Origin: Candidatus Acidiferrales bacterium | GTDB taxonomy: Bacteria > Acidobacteriota > Terriglobia > Acidiferrales > UBA7541 | Length of the DNA stretch: 64,000 nucleotides | Direction of reading: 5' to 3' | NCBI GenBank assembly: GCA_035763605.1 | Contig: DASUAV010000174.1 | Span: 15,994-79,993 of the forward strand | Part shown: piece by piece, positions 62,456 through 64,000 of the stretch | Position numbering within the stretch: position 1 is the first letter of the stretch | How the letters are laid out: every line of letters begins with the position of its first letter | Notes under the pieces: generated by a model | Seen by the model: only the letters and a program-made list of their open reading frames with translations | Told to the model about the DNA's origin: nothing | The model's database searches: none | Made by a program: the position numbers and the translations under genes

Positions 62456-63439
62456 TCACATTTTCCCGGATGCTTCTGCCGTTATCGATATTGGAGTCGC
62501 CAGAATTTTCTCGTCTGTTTGCAACGGAATCATTCGCTGCAGCGCCTGTATCAATTCTCCTCGGCTCGCCGTTTCAATTTCCTCTCGCCGAACCAGCCCT
62601 TCGAAGCTGGTTATCGAGAATTCCTGCATCAGACGCTCGATTTTTGGCATGGTTGAATCAAGATTCACGTACGATTTGAAGCGCCGTTTCCAGTTCATCG
62701 CCAGCCGCGGGTGCTCGGGGTCGATTTCGCGCGGATGCACATAAAATATGACGGGGCGGCCCTCGTTGAGTACCCGGTTCGCCATTCTGCTGATTACGCG
62801 GTATGGAAACAGGCGAAGATAGCCTCCGCCGAAAAAGCACATTGGTTTGCCCATCACCTCGGCCACTGACAAGGGGAACTCGAACAAGCGTCCTGCGTTT
62901 CCTTCAATCCAGAAAGGCGCGCGCTGTTCATCCGCCATGCCGCCGTGACCGCGGGTAGCAGGAAAAACGGAGGAGTCGTAGACGTATCCCGCCTCAATCA
63001 GCTTGTCGAAAAACCATCCCGTATCATGTGTGACAGAAAATCCCGCAGAGCGATAGCCCCAAACGGCTCTGCCGGCGATATCCTCAAGAATTTTTTTTGA
63101 ACGCACGGCATCTTCATAGAACGCCTCCGGCCTCAGTTGATACACCAGCCGATGCGCATAGCCGTGCGAGGCAATCTCGTGACCGTGCCGCGCAGCTTTT
63201 TTGACCAACGATGGAAATTTCTTAGCCACCCATCCTAGAAAGAAGCAGGTAACGTGCACTCCCTTTCTCTCAAAAAGCTCCAGCAGCCGCTCAAAATTTC
63301 GCTCCACGCGCGACGGCAGCGCCTCCCATTCCGCAATATCGGGAGTTGTCGGCAGGTCGAGGATATGAAACCAATCCTCCACGTCTACCGAGAACACGCA
63401 TTTCCTCGCCGCTATTTTCGCGCTTTCCTTCGTATTCAC
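62456..63439 (-). CDS. polysaccharide deacetylase, PEP-CTERM/exosortase-locus subfamily
   Basis: 'FSVDVEDWFHILDL' N-terminus, 'FFLGWVAKKFPSLVKKAARHGHEIASHGYAH' and 'YVHPREIDPEHP'. GTG start 63439. Directly abuts the next gene. Confidence 0.8.
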   Translation of the reverse strand: MNTKESAKIAARKCVFSVDVEDWFHILDLPTTPDIAEWEALPSRVERNFERLLELFERKGVHVTCFFLGWVAKKFPSLVKKAARHGHEIASHGYAHRLVYQLRPEAFYEDAVRSKKILEDIAGRAVWGYRSAGFSVTHDTGWFFDKLIEAGYVYDSSVFPATRGHGGMADEQRAPFWIEGNAGRLFEFPLSVAEVMGKPMCFFGGGYLRLFPYRVISRMANRVLNEGRPVIFYVHPREIDPEHPRLAMNWKRRFKSYVNLDSTMPKIERLMQEFSITSFEGLVRREEIETASRGELIQALQRMIPLQTDEKILATPISITAEASGKM

Positions 63440-63460
63440 CTTTATTCCTGTTTTCGCGGA

Positions 63461-64000
63461 TCAGGCGTTCTGCCGACCGCGAGACAGCACGGCAACTTCC
63501 CAAACCGCGAAGCGCCTGCCCGTGCATGCCTGGAAAACTCCGATAATGGCAGCCAGATTGACCAGCATGAAATAGAATGGCATCGTCAAAAGAGGTCCTC
63601 CCTGCTGATCCCTTAAGTTGAGCATCCAGCCGCCAAAAGCCAGAATGTAGAACACCGCCTGAAGAGCCACCAGAAGAGCGAAAAATGGAGACCGCGCAAG
63701 CATCATCGTGGCGGCCAGAATCATGGCCATGGGAATCAGCGACAGCCACCGTAGTACCTTGCGGGATACAAACTGCCATCCGCGAAACCCCCGGAGGCAA
63801 TGCCGCAGCCTCCAGAATCCCAAAGCGCCCTGGCCGCAGATACGCTTCTTCCGATTGAATTCTTCGCGCGGCGAACGCATCGCCTTTTCCAGCGCCCATG
63901 CCGACGGATCGCAAAGCAATCCATAGCCCTGACTGCCGATCCAGAAAGGCAGTTCCAAATCGTTGGCCAGATCCGGATGAAGCGTGTGGAATAGAGACCG
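63461..64000 (-). CDS. glycosyltransferase family 2, C-terminal part with TM tail (gene starts beyond window end)
   Basis: The frame is open to position 64000; the track's 'M' at 63958 is an internal TTG. My upstream translation reads RSLFHTLHPDLANDLELPFWIGSQGYGLLCDPSAW..., the GT2 'ED.EL..R....G' region, followed by 2-3 TM segments. Confidence 0.65.
   Translation of the reverse strand, partial: RSLFHTLHPDLANDLELPFWIGSQGYGLLCDPSAWALEKAMRSPREEFNRKKRICGQGALGFWRLRHCLRGFRGWQFVSRKVLRWLSLIPMAMILAATMMLARSPFFALLVALQAVFYILAFGGWMLNLRDQQGGPLLTMPFYFMLVNLAAIIGVFQACTGRRFAVWEVAVLSRGRQNA

Noticed and set aside
1-64000. Mobile elements, CRISPR arrays, tRNA/rRNA genes, prophage or defence-system genes
   Set aside because: No transposase, integrase, recombinase, Cas, restriction or toxin-like translations appear in the ORF track. 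No direct-repeat/spacer periodicity or long terminal inverted repeats were noticed. The only repeats found are the intragenic Ig-like repeats and the diverged paralog pair.

Overview
This is a 64-kb high-GC bacterial chromosomal window. Gene content and the HTH motif 'LDGWKVIAAYLGKDIRTVQRYQ' suggest an Acidobacteriota-type soil bacterium, but that is inference only. I saw no rRNA, tRNA, CRISPR array, transposase or integrase. About 55 kb is one exopolysaccharide (EPS)/capsule super-locus built around an exosortase core, in four parts. (i) 1-24077 is a single minus-strand gene train with many 1-8 nt start/stop overlaps: Wza-like exporter, Wzc-like tyrosine autokinase, NusG/RfaH-like paralog, and a nonulosonic-acid-like sugar module (PseB/CapD-like dehydratase, two Gfo/Idh/MocA, GNAT, DegT, cytidylyltransferase, SDR, RmlD-like, NeuB-like synthase). 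It continues with GT4, an AsnB-like::Wzx fusion, a KpsS/KpsC-family protein, a Wzy-like membrane protein, GT9, a canonical AsnB and a GT2 that runs off the window and is missing from the ORF track. (ii) 32948-40572 holds a PrsT-like TPR lipoprotein, EpsI and exosortase, then CysQ, TauE/SafE and a fused ATP-sulfurylase/APS-kinase. (iii) 41113-52651 holds a NodB deacetylase, a formyltransferase, two paralogous secreted proteins of unknown family, two sulfotransferases, a FemAB-family protein and a GT2. (iv) 52662-64000 holds a second Wzx, an O-antigen-ligase/Wzy-like protein, GT2, a DUF362-like protein, a nucleotidyltransferase-fold protein, GT4, an alkaline-phosphatase-superfamily protein, DegT, a PEP-CTERM-locus-type deacetylase and a partial GT2. 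An ~8.5-kb block (24334-32583) separates (i) from (ii); it carries a membrane HTH regulator, SIS protein, D-aminoacylase-like amidohydrolase, beta-lactamase-fold hydrolase, GH13 enzyme and two hypotheticals. The most notable points are: a PAPS-supply module plus two sulfotransferases wired into an exosortase locus (predicted sulfated EPS); the AsnB-like::flippase fusion; a nonulosonic-acid-like pathway lacking the usual hydrolase step under a NusG paralog; a palindrome shared by two intergenic regions; a paralogous pair of secreted proteins; and no PEP-CTERM substrate or PrsK/PrsR genes in the window. All family calls come from motif recognition by eye, and no searches were run.
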